From Leucoraja ocellata (lineage: Eukaryota), in assembly GCA_036785375.1 (NCBI GenBank), contig JAWMAR010001356.1, positions 248,001 to 293,931 on the forward strand: a DNA stretch of 45,931 nucleotides, in the 5' to 3' direction. A model generated the notes under the pieces. That model searched no databases, was not told where the DNA came from, and saw only the letters and a program-made list of their open reading frames with translations. The position numbers were made by a program, and so were the translations under genes. Shown in pieces: positions 10,611-23,219 of the stretch (positions are counted from its first letter, which is position 1; every line of letters begins with the position of its first letter).

Positions 10611-10659
10611 GCCACCATTCAATGATCATCAATGATAGGCTGTTTTATACAGTAAATTG

Positions 10660-11400
10660 CTAGATACTGAAGGACATGGATGTGCTGAGGGATCTTGGAG
10701 TCCAAGTTCATAGCTTGCTGCAGTTGGCAGCACATGTAGATGGTAAAGTGGATGTATGGTATACTTGCGTTCATTGCTAGAGGTGTTGAACATAAGGGTC
10801 AGGGACATGATGCAGTTCTATATGAGATTGATGAGGCAGAATTGGAGTACAGTTCCGATCGCCCCATTAAAGGGAAGAAATTGAGGTTTTGGAGAGGGTA
10901 GAAAACAGGTTAACCAGAATTATACTGCATCTGCCATGCATTTGCCCACTAACCCAGCCTATCCAAGTCACCTTGCAGCCTCCTAGCATCCTCTTAACCA
11001 GAATAACCAGAATGCTGCCTGGATCAGCCACAGGGAGAGATTGGATACCCGTGGATTGCTTTCTCTGGAATGTTGGAGGTTCGTGGGGGACTTGATAGAC
11101 GTATATACAATGATGAGAGTCATTGAAACGGTAGATATTTAGTATCATTTTCAAGGATGGAAATGTCCAACACGAGAAGACGTAGCTATAAGGTGTGAGG
11201 GAGAACATTCAATGCAGATGGGTGAGGCAAGTATTTTACATGGAAGGTACGGACCAGGAACACATGATGGTGGTGTGGGTGGATATGATAGCGGTGTTTA
11301 AGAGGCTCATTGTAGGTACAGGGAAGTGCAGAGAGTACAAGGATATGGATCAGGACAGGCAGGTCAGTGGGCTTGATGTTCGCTACAAACATTGCATTCT
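10660..11400 (+). mobile_element. Highly degenerate CR1-type 3' fragment with a small inverted CR1 piece at ~10920-10995
   Basis: Decayed RDLGV...LEY...RGDLI-type codons. Confidence 0.65.
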
Positions 11401-11412
11401 TAAGGTTCCTAA

Positions 11413-12085
11413 GGATTTGGACAAGGGAATTGAATGCAACATCTCCAAGTTTGCAGATGACACGAAACAGGGGGGCAGTGTTAGCTGTGAAGAGGATGCT
11501 AGGAGGCTGCAAGGTGACTTGGATAGGCTGGGTGAGTGGACAAATGCATGGCAGGTGCAGTATAATGAGGATAAATGTGAGGTTATCCACTTTGGTGGCA
11601 AAAACAGGAAAGTAGACTATTATCTGAATGGTGGCCGATTAGGAAAAGGGGAGATGAAACGAGACCTGGGTGTCATGGTACACCAGTCATTGAAAGTAGG
11701 CATGCAGGTGCAGCAGGCAGTGAAGAAAGCAAATGGTATGTTAGCATTCATAGCAAAAGGATTTGAGTATGGGAGCAGGGAGGTTCTACTGCAGTTGTAC
11801 AGGATCTTGGTGAGACCACACCTGGAGTATTGCGTAAAGTTTTGGTCTCCTAATCTGTGGAAAGACATTCTTGCCATAGAGGGAGTACAGAGAAGGTTCA
11901 CCAGACTGATTCCTGGGATGTTGGGACTTTCATATGAAGAAAGACTTGATAGACTCGGCTTGTACTCGCTAGAATTTAGGAGATTGAGGGGGGATCTAAT
12001 AGAAACTTACAAAATTCTTAGGGGGTTGGACAGGCTAGATGCAGGAAGATTGTTCCCGATGTTGGGGAAGTCCAGAACAAGGGGC
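11413..12085 (+). mobile_element. CR1-type LINE RT fragment
   Basis: ISKFADDTK...RPHLEYC...KSRTRGH in ORF 11195-12202. Confidence 0.92.
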
Positions 12086-12388
12086 CACACACAGTTCACC
12101 CCCTCTCCTCTTCCCCTCCGCTCCTCTGCCCACACTCTCTACAGCACCCCCCCATCCCCCCTCTCTAGATGTGACTGCAAGTTGGGGGCTATGCGTCAGT
12201 AGTTATGGGGTATGGGTTATGGGGTAAAAGGAGCAAATTAATAATATTAATATAATATCAAGGGGGGTAATTAGCGTAAGTGTGGGGGGGGGGGGGGTAG
12301 TTAGTGTGTGTGACGCTGCATGCCGCCTCCCCCCCCCACAACCGCACGTTGGGGGGAGCAGACCCAACGGGTCTGCACTTGGTCTAGT
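12086..12388 (+). mobile_element. Non-coding insert ending in a Helitron-type terminus
   Basis: Hairpin GCAGACCC-AAC-GGGTCTGC (12358-12376), 7 nt, then CTAG|T (12384-12388). Confidence 0.5.
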
Positions 12389-12432
12389 ATTTCCTAAATG
12401 TTGTGTTTGTCCCTACCTCCACCATCCTCCTT

Positions 12433-12967
12433 CCTCCTAATCTGAGGAAAGACATTCTTGCCATAGAGGGAGTACAGAGAAGGTTCACCAGACTGATTCC
12501 TGGGATGTCAGGACTTTCATATGAAGAAAGACTGGATAGATTTGGCTTGTACTCGCTAGAATTTAGAAGATTGAGGGGGGATCTTATAGAAACTTACAAC
12601 ATTCTTAAGGGGTTGGACAGGCTAGATGCAGGAAGATTGTTCCCGATGTTGGGGAAGTCCAGAACAAGGGGTCACAGTTTAAGGATAAGGGGGAAATCTT
12701 TTTGGACCAAGATGAGAAAAACATTTTTCACACAGAGAGTGGTGAGTCTCTGGAATTCTCTGCCGCAGAAGGTAGTTGATGCCAGTTCATTGGCTATATT
12801 TAAGAGGGAGTTAGATGTGGCCCTTGTGGCTAAAGGGATCAGGGGGTATGGAGAGAAGGCAGGTACGGGATACTGAGTTGGATGATCAGCCATAATTATA
12901 TTGAATGGCGGTGCAGGCTCGAAGGGCCGAATGGCCTACTCCTGCACCTATTTTCTATGTTTCTATG
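12433..12967 (+). mobile_element. CR1-type LINE 3' end
   Basis: ORF 12403-12876 and tail. Confidence 0.92.
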
Positions 12968-13109
12968 TCGCGTTACAGCCAATATTCAATAAATCTCTGC
13001 ACCTGTGTATATATTTTTAGCCTATTTTCTGTATTCACCACAATCAGAGGCAACATGCATTTTACCTGTTTATATCATGTTGTTTATTTAATCTCACGAT
13101 ATTATCATC

Positions 13110-13800
13110 ATATTCATACTTTATTAGCCAAGTATGTTTTGCAACACACGAGGAATTTGTTTTGCCATACAGTAATACCAATAAAAAGCAATAGAACACA
13201 CAAAATTCATTAGAACATGAACATCCACCACAGTGACTCCTCCACATTCCTCACTGTGTTGGAAGGCAAAAATTGTTCAACCTCTTCCCTTCTTTGATCT
13301 CCCGCGGTTCTGGGCCTCGAGCTTCCGTTGATCTAGACTCCTGTAGCCGGCGGTGGTCCCTCCGCATCAGGGTGATCAAGCTCCTGTATCAGGGGATCTC
13401 AGCTCCCCATGCCAGGCGATCTGACCCCCAGGTTGGGGCTGGTTAAACCTTCTGTGTCGTTGGAGCTTACCGACTCGGTCTCTCCCGAGACTGTGAGCTC
13501 TTTGATGTTAAAGTCCGCAGGCTGCGGTTGGAGCGTCGATCCAAGGCAAGGGATCGGCTGCGATGGTAAGTCCACAGCCCCGCAGTGGGGCACAAAGTCA
13601 GTCCCGAGCAAGGCCGCCAGCTCCATGATGTTAGGCCGCAGAGCGACCGGAGATATGATCCGGAAAACAATCGCATCTCCGGCAAGGTAAGAGATTGAAA
13701 AAAACTTTCCCGTGACCCCATCCCTCACCCCCCACATAAAACAAACCAGAGAACATTAGCACAAACTTTCAAAACACACAAAAATAATAAAAACGACGAT
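13110..13800 (-). repeat. Unclassified GC-rich interspersed repeat, related at both ends to 17700-18495
   Basis: Shared blocks CATCCA(C)CACAGTG...CTCACTGTG(T/A)TGGAAGG and AAGAGATT...TTTCCC...CCCCCACA. Confidence 0.6.
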
Positions 13801-13954
13801 ATATTGTCCAACTTGTTGTTTTATTTAACCTTGTCTTTGCCCCGCATAAACCATATTAGACGTACCCCCATATTCATTAAACTCACTGTACATGAAAAGG
13901 AAATAATGATCCGCTCTTTTCACAATGTATCGTGTTTTCTTTTCTCATATTTAG

Positions 13955-14255
13955 TTTTGTTTAGTTTGGAGACACAGCGCGGAAACAAGCCCTTCGGACC
14001 TCCGAGTCCACGCCGACCAGTGGCCCCCATACACCAGCATTATCCAACGCATTAGGGACAATCTACATTCCTTTCCAAAGCCAATTAACCAACAAAGCTA
14101 CACGTCTTTGGAGTGTGGGAGGAAACCGGAACAGCCGGAGAAAACGCACGCGGTCACATGGAGAACGGACATACACCGTACAGACAGCCTCCAGTCAGGA
14201 TTGAATCTGGATCTCTGGTGCTGTAAGGCAGCAACTCTACCACTATGCCAGCCTG
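13955..14255 (-). mobile_element. tRNA-derived V-SINE (HE1-like), near full length
   Basis: A box TGGCATAGTGG, B-box-like GATTCAATCC, V core CCGGTTTCCTCCCACACTCCAAAGAC, LINE-like tail CCGAAGGGCTTGTTTCC. Confidence 0.85.
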
Positions 14256-15099
14256 TCATCCCATATGCCACTGTGCCACCCCCTATATCTACTATAATAG
14301 ACAACGTCATTATTTATGGGCTGTATTTATTTATATAACATTTGGAATCTCTAAACTAAAAAAATAAATTAACTATAATACCATGAAGCACAATTCCATG
14401 TCACATTAGGCCTTACGTCTCCATACCTTACACTGAAACACGCATTCATCTGCCAAGCCCAACATCTGTCTCAACCTTCTGTATCTTACACTGAGCACAC
14501 TCCCCAATAGTCTTGCAAAGACACTATATAGACCATAGAAATGTACAGCACAGTTTCATGTCTTTCGACTCACAATCTCTCTACTAAATATAATGCCAAG
14601 ATAAACTAATCTCATCTATGTGCAAATAATTCACATCCCGCCACTCTCTGCATATCCATATGCCTGTTTAAATCCTTCTGGTACATTACACAATGTGTTT
14701 CAAGCACCTATCCACTTCATATGCTGCACTATGTCTACAATAATTACACCCCAAAATGCCGCCGGCTGTAAAGCACGAGGGCGCGTCTATATTTATTTCA
14801 GACTGTATTAATCCTACAGAGACTGTAGCAGTCTGGAATAAAGTTATCCGTGTTGGCAAGTTGGGTTAAGGCCACATATTTTCTCAGTTGCACTACCGGA
14901 CCTGGGCTGCGCCACTTTTTATGCAACAAATATACAAAAAATACAACAAGTATTTGAAAATTGTGAATAAACTTTATCAACAGATATAATCATTTTGGTT
15001 CTCGGTTAAAAGAAAGATGGAAACCTGCAATGATGGAAATACTGCACCTTGCATCTATTTTAATGTCACCGTAAATTATCTATCTTTATAGATGCAGAA

Positions 15100-15790
15100 A
15101 ATCTCAAAGCACTTGACTTTGTGGCCAAGTTAGCAGATGATATGAACGTAGGTAGAGGGACAGGTAGTGTAGAGGATCAGGAGCCTGCAGATGAACTGGA
15201 CATGTTGGTAGAATGGGCCAACAAGGATATGGAAAATGTTGAGCCATGTTTGGGCCCATATCTGTGGAGGGATAAGCTGGCCTTGGAGAGGGTTCCAATG
15301 AGGCTGAGAATAATGATCTGTGGGTGATTGGGGTAACCTATGATGAGCGTATGACGACGCTAGGCCGATGTATGCTGGACTTTAAAACGATGTGGTGAGA
15401 CCTTATTGCGACTGATTGAAGATGGAAAGGCCTGAGGAGGGTTGATGTGGAGAGGGTGTTTCCACTCATTGCAAAGTCTAGGACAAGAGAGCACAGCCTC
15501 AGTGTAAAAGTACATAGACTTAGAAAGGAAATGAGGAATTTCTTTGGTCAGCGGTGAATCTGTGGAATTCATTGCCACAGGCAGCCGTGGAGGCCAAGTT
15601 ATATGGTTATGTTTTTAAGCAGAGATTGGTAGATTTGTGTTTAGTTAGGAAGTCAAGGGCTTTGGCGGAAAGGCAGCAGAATGGGTACGAGAGAGAAAGA
15701 TAAACCAGCAGCCATTGAATGGCAGAGTAGACTCGATGGGCCGAATGATATAATTATGCTGCTATGATTCATGAATATCTGAACTTATGA
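15100..15790 (+). mobile_element. Old degenerate CR1-type 3' fragment; further decayed RT-like DNA to ~16730
   Basis: AKLADD motif, GTGAATCTGTGGAATTC, tail TTGAATGGC...GGGCCGAATG. Confidence 0.7.
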
Positions 15791-16734
15791 ATGTACACTG
15801 AATCACCAGAGAAAATGTAGTAAAATAATGCACTAGACATCGACAAGTCACCTGGACCTAATGACCTGAATGTGAGCGTTAGAAATAAGTAGATGTAGAC
15901 AAAGAGAGAGTATGGATTATAATATATTACAAAATGACGTAACATTGTGGGAAAACTCTAATTGAGTTAAAACTACAAAAGTGACCACGATTAAGAAGGA
16001 GGAGAGTCAGAAATGAGCACGAAAAAACGTGAAATAGTCGAACATCGATCAGAGGGGAGATATATTGAATGCCATGATTAAATAGATAATATCCGGGTAC
16101 TTAGAGTTCATAAGCGCTTCTAACAGATTGTTCATCATTTTTTGAAAAAGCAACGGTATTTGACAAAGTTGTTGTTAGATTTTGAAGATGGAATGTATGT
16201 CCTGGTTTGTTTTTGGATGAGGTACTTGCATAGATCAGTGATGATATTGTTTACAATGCATATTAATAACTTCAATAAATGCACCGATTACCGTGTTTAG
16301 GCTTTTTGACTGCACACATAGTGTTCCGGTGAGAAGTGTCAGGTTAACACAAAGAACCTGCAGTGTGATGTGTACAACGGGCACCAAATTGGACGATGCT
16401 TTATGAAACATTGAAGACATCATATTTGAAATGAAGAAGGAAAGCAAGTACTGACAATATTATCTAAGTGGGGTGTACCTTAAGTGGGGCGCAAACATTT
16501 CTGAGCAACCAGATTATGACACACAAAATATTACCCGGAGGTGCAGCAGCCGTCTTAGGAGGCTAATGGAATGAAGCGTGTATTGAAGTGGGATAAATAA
16601 GTAGTTTGTGGTACCTGCTGAGATTATCTCCTCCATTAACTGGTGAATAGAGGTGGGGACTGGATAAAGCCTGGGAAGTGACGAGTGGAGGGAATGTGTT
16701 GGGAGGATCTGCAATTGGTGGTTTACACCGATGA

Positions 16735-17190
16735 TAGACACAAATGGCGGAGCAACTCGGGGGCTCAGGTAGCATCTCCGGCGAAAAGGAATCGGTGACT
16801 TTCAGCTCCAGACCCTTCTTCTTCAGACTGAGAGTCAGAGGAGAGGGGCAATAGTAGACATACTAATATTGGATAACATTCTTACTTGTTTGGCTGAAAC
16901 ATCAAGGGGGGGGGGGGGGGGGGGGGGCAAGGCATGTAAGGGTACAAATAACAAATGAATGAAAGTTACGAAAATAAAAAAATAAAAGCCAGCCACAACG
17001 ATCAAGGAATGGTGGAGCCCACAATGGCCTCTTGTTGGCTGTGGAAAAGGTGATAACGAGTGTATACAAGCCGTAAAACTAAACAGGACGACAGTGAAAC
17101 TAGTAGGATGGCTTGGATGGGTGAGGAAGGGGAGTGATGGATTGCAAAGGTTACAGGAAATAAGGAAGATCAATATTCTTACCGCTGGGG
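16735..17190 (-). mobile_element. Penelope-like element 3' end (ORF end, UTR, terminal repeat with decayed hammerhead)
   Basis: The minus strand reads PSGKNIDL, resembling the PxGxNID end of the GIY-YIG ORF. It is followed by the same terminal repeat as the hairpin family. Confidence 0.65.
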
Positions 17191-17329
17191 TTCGGGATAG
17201 GGTTAGGGTTAGATTTAGGGAGAGTGCAGGTGAGGATATCGATTGGCAGATGGCTGGAGGAAGGATACGGATGAATAGGTTTCTAATTAGATCATGTCTG
17301 GAGACATCTCTAATGCCGAACTACAATGC

Positions 17330-17670
17330 TTGGGACATTTATAAGGGCGGTAGTGCAAGCTTCACTAAGCTGATTCTTGCATGACAGGATGACGTAGAGA
17401 GGCAGATAAGCAGAAAGAGGCCACTGCATAAACAAAGACCTTGAGATGACCTTACTATTGTTAATATTCTGAGCTGGGTTGATGGGCTAGCTGGTGAGAT
17501 TATTTTTTCTACAGTGGTGTTCAGGACTGAGGAGCGTGGATTCAGAATAAGGGGTAGCCAATGCAATTGGTGATTCAGAGTAATTTGTGACAGGGAGTTG
17601 TGACACTTTGGAATTCTCTATTCCCGACAACAATGGATATGAATATATTCACAATATTTGAATTGGATTC
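17330..17670 (+). mobile_element. Very degenerate CR1-type 3' fragment
   Basis: Decayed matches to the CR1 C-terminal coding region (TCAGAATAAGGGGTAGCCA, TGGAATTCTCT). Confidence 0.5.
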
Positions 17671-17699
17671 TGGTGCAGTTTAAAAAAATCAAACAAGGC

Positions 17700-18495
17700 A
17701 ATACAATACAATACCTTTATTTGAAATGTAGTTTCTGCAGCCATACAATAAAAGAACCAAAACACACACCAACACTATTCACATAAACATCCATCACAGT
17801 GGCTCTCCTCCTCACTGTGATGGAAGGAAAAGTTCTTGTCTCTCCCCTGCATTCCATTTCCCTCCCGAAGTCGAGGTCAAAGGCCCCGGCGGGCGCTAGT
17901 CCGCGGCAAATTAAGGCCGTGCCGGGCGTTGTAGGGCCCCCCTCCAGGTCACTCTCAACCCCGCAATTCGGGCGGGAGAAGTCGCCGCTGCCGGTGCCCC
18001 GCAAAGCAGCCTCCCACCGGGGATCCGCGAGCTCCCGATGTTCCATCCACCAGAGCCGGGCCGCAGCAACGCGCCACCGCCGCTCTCCACGCCCCGAAGC
18101 CGGCCAGCTCCACGGAGGTAAGTCCGCAGCAGCTCCACAGCAGCTCCACAACAGCTCCACAGCTCCACAGGCTCCGCGGCTCCACAACAGCTCCACAGCT
18201 CCACAGGCTCCGTGGCTCCACAGGTGCCGTGACTTGAGCCTCCAGGTCGTTCCGGTGGAGGCCGCTCCACGGCGCTAGGCCCCAACGGCAACGGAGACCC
18301 GACAGGGAAAAGGTCGGGTCTCCATGCAGGGAAGAGATTAAAAGTTTCCCCCACCCATCCCCCACCCCCCACACATACACATTTAAAAAAACCCCCAAAA
18401 AAACGCTAAACCGCTACAACTAAACCCTCAACAGGACAAAAAAAACAAAAAAAACACGGACAGACTGCAGAGGCCGCTGCGACACCGGTCGCGCC
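17700..18495 (-). repeat. Unclassified GC-rich interspersed repeat with an internal GCTCCACAG-like minisatellite (18130-18222)
   Basis: Similar to 13110-13800. It has a (CAATA)n end and tandem GCTCCAC units. Confidence 0.6.
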
Positions 18496-18626
18496 GCCCA
18501 CATCAAGGAGTACGGGGAATGAGAGGAAAGGTGATGAGGATTCTTAGACGGCATCCGCTGTGATCTTATGGAAGAGCGAAGTGACCCTGAATGATGGGAT
18601 AGCAACTTTCTGCAATGTTTCTCGAT

Positions 18627-20182
18627 TGACAATAGACAATAGGTGCAGGACTAGGGCCATTCGGCCCTTCGAACCAGCACCGCCATTCAATGCGATTATG
18701 GCTGATCATCCCCAATCAGTACTCCGTTCCTGCCTCCTCCACATATCCCCTGACTCCGCTATCTTTAAGAGCTCTATCTAACTCTTTCTTGAAAGCATCC
18801 AGAAAATTTGCCTCCACTGACTTATGAGGTAGAAAATTTCACAAATTCACAACTCTCTGGGTGAAAAGGTTTTTCCTCGTCTCCGTTCTAAATGGCCTAC
18901 CCCTTATTCTTAATATGTGCCCCCTGGTTCTAGACTCCCCCAACATCGGGAACATGTTTCCTGTCTTTAGCATGTCCAATTCCTTATATGTTTTAATAAG
19001 ACGCCCTCTCATCCTTCTAAATTGCAGAGTATACAAGCCCAGTCACTCCAGTCTTTTAACACATGACAGTCCCGCCTTCTCTGCCTCCTGCCTCACACAC
19101 TGACTACTTGCTTTCCCTATTTGAGTCCCTCCCCCCAACCATTCTAGTTTAAAATTTCCCCAGTAGCCTTTGCAAATCTCCCCGCCAGGATATTGGTCCC
19201 CCTTGAGTTCAAGTGCAACCCGTCCTTTCTGTACAGGTCGCACCTTCCCCAAAAGAGGCCCCAATGATCCAGAAACTTGAATCCATACCCACTGCACCAG
19301 TCCCTCATCCACTCATTTATCCTCCACCTCGCTCCATTCCTACTCTCACTGTCGCGTGGCACAGGCAGTAATCCTGATATTGTTACCTTTCCAGTCCTTC
19401 TCCTTAACTCTCTTCCTAACTCCCTAAATTCTCCTTTCAGGACCTCTTCTCTTTTTCAACCTATGTCGTTGGTACCTATATGTACCACGACCTCAGGCTC
19501 CTCTCCCTCCCATTTCAGGATTTCTTGGACATGTTCAGACACATCCCTGACCCTGGCACCAGGGAGGCAAACTACCATCCTGGTCTCCTGTCTGCGTCCA
19601 CAGAATCGCCTATCCGACCCCCTGACTATAGAGTCCCCTATTACAATTGCCCTCCTATTTTCCTTACCCTTCTGAGCAACAGGACTGGTCTTTGTGCCAG
19701 AGGCCCGGCCGCTGTCGCCGCCCCCAGGTAGGCTGTCTCCCCCACCCTTACTCAAACATGAGTACTTATTTTCAAGGTGCACAGCCACCGGGGTACTCAC
19801 CAGTCCCTGCCTCTGCCCATTGCCCTTCCTAACTGTGACCCAGTTGTCTGTCTCTCGGGGTCTTGGAGTGACCACCTCCCTGTAACTCCTCTCTATGACC
19901 TCCTCGCTCTCGCTGAGCAGACGGAGGTCATCGAGTTGCTGTTCCAGGTTCCTGACACGGTCCCTTAGGAGCCCATCTCGACGCACCTGGCGCAGATGTG
20001 GACGTCTGGAGGGGTATCAGACTCCATGACCTCCCACATCTGACATCCAGAACAGTAAACTGCCCTGGCCTTCATTCTCCCCCTTATCCTGGATACAATA
20101 CAAAGCCTTACCCGGGATACAAGCCAATAAGTTGCTTCCTCTAGTCTGTTCGACCAATCAGCGGCTTCCTCAAGCCCACTTA
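18627..20182 (-). mobile_element. CR1-type LINE retaining 5' UTR, ORF1 and 3' end, with most of ORF2 deleted (junction ~19075)
   Basis: ORF1 motifs are followed directly by the ORF2 C-terminus and tail. The 5' UTR seems to continue beyond the DNA transposon at 23660-23810. Confidence 0.85.
19144..20075 (-). pseudogene. CR1 ORF1 (Cys-rich finger, coiled coil, SGNH esterase), frameshifted
   Basis: CSGCQMW...CARC; IVIGDSIVRG, CLPGARV, VHIGTNDIG, DGLHLN. Split over three frames. Confidence 0.85.
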
Positions 20183-20290
20183 ATTTGAAGCAAAGATCGT
20201 AGAGGGACAAGATAGACCACTCCTCGAAAAACGCGTAGTATGACGTGTGTGACCGTCGACGCCATATTGTTAAGCATTTATTGGGCTGTA

Positions 20291-20400
20291 ATGGCGTCCT
20301 CAGCTAAATCTTCATCTCACTGCTCCGCTATCAAGTATTCTAATCGTAAATCTAAACGACCCAACCTGTCATTCTTTAGGTTCCCCAATAAAAAAGAAAG
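20291..20400 (+). pseudogene. THAP-domain N-terminal exon remnant MASSAKSSSHCSAIKYSNRKSKRPNLSFFRFPNKKE
   Basis: Matches the THAP pattern CSAxxCxN...SFFRFP with the second Cys replaced by Tyr. Ends at AG|GTGAG. No downstream transposase exons were seen. Confidence 0.7.
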
Positions 20401-20924
20401 GTGAGAAAATATTTTTATTATTTTCAGTCGATATTCTGTCGTGAAAATGGTATTTTCTGTTCTCCCATCAACAGCCATTGGGAAACATTAGTCGGTACAT
20501 TAGAAAGTTCTTAGACTTATTTTTAATAGTTCTTTACTCACCACAATAATAAAGACAATTTTAACACTTCTGTACGTTTTTGGTTTTGTTTTGTAAGGGA
20601 TTAGTCTGCACAATATGGCCCGCGGACACATTAGGTCCAGTGACCAGGAGATTTTTCGAGTCCGAGAATGGGCGGCTGTTACCCATTATATTCCTCGAAC
20701 ATAGGGACATAGCAAACAACACTCACATACATACAAGACATCACAAGCCCGCCGTGAAGAAGGGTGCAATCAAATATTATATAACTCTGCTCTATCATCT
20801 TTGGGTGCAATGGTGGGTCGGGGGGTTCGGTGGCGGCGGCCGCAATCAAAGATACTAGTGGAGCTCTGCTCTATAATCTTTGGTCGGAATGGGACGGCTG
20901 CGCGTTATAATGTGCTATCGTTCC

Positions 20925-21260
20925 ACTCTCCCTCTCCCCCTTCTCCCTCTCCCCCTTGTCCCTGTCCCCTTCTCCCTTCCCCCTTCTCCCTGTCCCCCCC
21001 TTTCCCCTTCTCCCTCCCCCTTCTCCCTCTCCCCCTTGTCCCTGTCCCCCTTCTCCCTGTCCCCCCCCCTTTCCCCTTCTCCCTCTCCCCCTTCTCCCTC
21101 TCCCCCCTTCTCCCTCTCTTTCGATCTCTCTCTCCCCTCCTCTCGATCTCTCGCTCCCCTCTCTTCTCTCGATCTCTCTCTCTCTCTCTCTCTCCCCCTC
21201 TCTTCGCGATCTCCTTCCCTTCCCTCTCTCCCACCCTTCCATCTCTCCCTCCCTTACCTC
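20925..21260. repeat. Polypyrimidine (CT-rich) low-complexity tract
   Basis: CCCCTTCTCCCT-like units and (CT)n. Confidence 0.95.
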
Positions 21261-21554
21261 TTCGTGAGAGTTGGCAGCTCTGCTATGCCTTGGGTCCAAA
21301 AGAGGATAGATAGAAAATACTTAATTGTCTTTGTAAGAAGATTTTAATAAGCTCTTCTACATTTAAGGTAAATTGACATATTAGAGGCAAAACACATTTT
21401 CAATATACAGGTCTCTCCACACAACTGAAAACAATTGCATTTAAGTGATATATCATCCATTGTTCAGGCAAGTAGCACTAGGTTACAATAAACTTCCTGC
21501 ATATTCCAGGAATTCATCTCATAAAAATGGGAGAGGCTTAAATGCATTGTAAAA

Positions 21555-22950
21555 TCATAAATCCATGTTGACTTGGACTAATGCTTTTACTGCTATCCAA
21601 ATGCCCCATTATTACATCTTTAATAATTGACTCCAGCATCTTTCACACCACCAAAGTCAGGCTAACTGGTCTGTAATTCCCCATTTTCTCTCTCGCTCCT
21701 TTCTTGAAAAGTGGGATAGCATTAGCTATCCTCCAATCCACAGGAACTGATCGTAAATCTATTGATCGTTGGAAAATAATAGAAACATAGAAATTAGGTG
21801 CAGGAGTAGGCCATTCGTCCCTTCGAGCCTGCACCGCCATTCAATATGATCATGGCTGACCATCCAACTCAGTATCCCGTACCTGCCTTCTCTCCATACC
21901 CTCTGATCCCCTTAGCCACAAGGGCCACATCTAACTCCCTCTTAAATATAGCCAATGAACTGGCCTCGACTACCCTCTGCGGCAGAGAGTTCCAGAGATT
22001 CACCACTCTCTGTGTGAAAAAGGTTCTTCTCATCTCGGTTTTAAAGGATTTCCCCCTTATCCTTAAGCTGTGACCCCTTGTCCTGGACTTCCCCAACATC
22101 GGGAGCAATCTTCCTGCATCTAGTCTGTCCAACCCCTTAAGAATTTTGTAAGTTTCTATAAGATCCCCTCTCAATCTCCTAAATTCTAGAGAGTATAAAC
22201 CAAGTGTATCCAGTCTTTCTTCATAAGACAGTCCTGACATCCCAGGAATCAGTCTGGTGAACCTTCTCTGCACTCCCTCTATGGCAATAATGTCCTTCCT
22301 CAGATTTGGAGACCAAAACTGTACGCAATACTCCAGGTGTGGTCTCACCAAGACCCTGTACAACTGCAGTAGAAACTCCCTGCTCCTATACTCAAATCCT
22401 TTCGCTATGAAAGCTAACATACCATTCGCTTTCTTCACTGCCTGCTGCACCTGCATGCCTACTTTCAATGACTGGTGTACCATGACACCCAGGTCTCGCT
22501 GCATCTCCCCTTTTCCTAGTCGGCCGCCATTTAGATAATAGTCTGCTTTCCTGTTTTTGCCACCAAAATGGATAACCTCACATTTATCCACATTATACTG
22601 CATCTGCCAAACATTTGCCCACTCACCCAGCCTATCCAAGTCACCTTGCAGTCTCCTAGCATCCTCCTCACAGCTAACACTGTCCCCCAGCTTAGTGTCA
22701 TCCGCAAACTTGGAGATATTGCCTTCAATTCCCTCATCCAGATCATTAATATATATTGTAAATAGGTGGGGTCCCAGCACTGAGCCTTGCGGTACCCCAC
22801 TAGTCACTGCCTGCCTAATGAAGAACTCAACCATATTATGGTCACTCTTGCCCAAGGGGGCAGTACAACAAGATTGCTAACTAACCCTTCCTCATTACTC
22901 AATACCCAGTCTAAAATAGCCTGCTCTCTCGTTGGTTCCTCTACATGTTA
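21555..22950 (-). mobile_element. CR1-type LINE fragments inside the P-like element
   Basis: ORF 21869-22855 fuses endonuclease-region DHNMVEFFIR to [10 protein letters not shown] through a deletion. Tail at 21780. A second fragment lies at 21555-21779. Confidence 0.9.
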
Positions 22951-22952
22951 AT

Positions 22953-23219
22953 CATATGTATAAATATATATGTATGTGTATATATATGCATGTATATGTA
23001 TATGTGTGTATATATGTATGTATATATGTTTATATGTGTGTATGTATGCATATAAATGTATCCATATGTATGTGTGTNNNNNNNNNNNNNNNNNNNNNNN
23101 NNNNNNNNNNNNNNNNNNNNNNNNNNNNNNNNNNNNNNNNNNNNNNNNNNNNNNNNNNNNNNNNNNNNNNNNNNNNNNNNNNNNNNNNNNNNNNNNNNNN
23201 NNNNNNNNNNNNNNNNNNN
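22953..23219. repeat. (TA/TG)n microsatellite followed by an assembly gap (23078-23219)
   Basis: Read directly from the sequence. Confidence 0.95.

Noticed and set aside
14195-14255. tRNA gene suggested by A and B boxes
   Set aside because: It is the head of a SINE and continues into the V core and LINE tail.
13228-17819. CACAGTG/CACTGTG heptamer pairs in the GC-rich repeats as RSS
   Set aside because: No nonamers at 12 or 23 spacing. They form a stem in a repeat family.
17717-18398. Several overlapping 147-159 aa ORFs
   Set aside because: They arise from GC-rich repeat and minisatellite DNA, with no recognisable domain.
20801-21347. Pro/Ser-rich and Gly/Arg/Glu-rich ORFs
   Set aside because: Translations of the CT-rich low-complexity tract.
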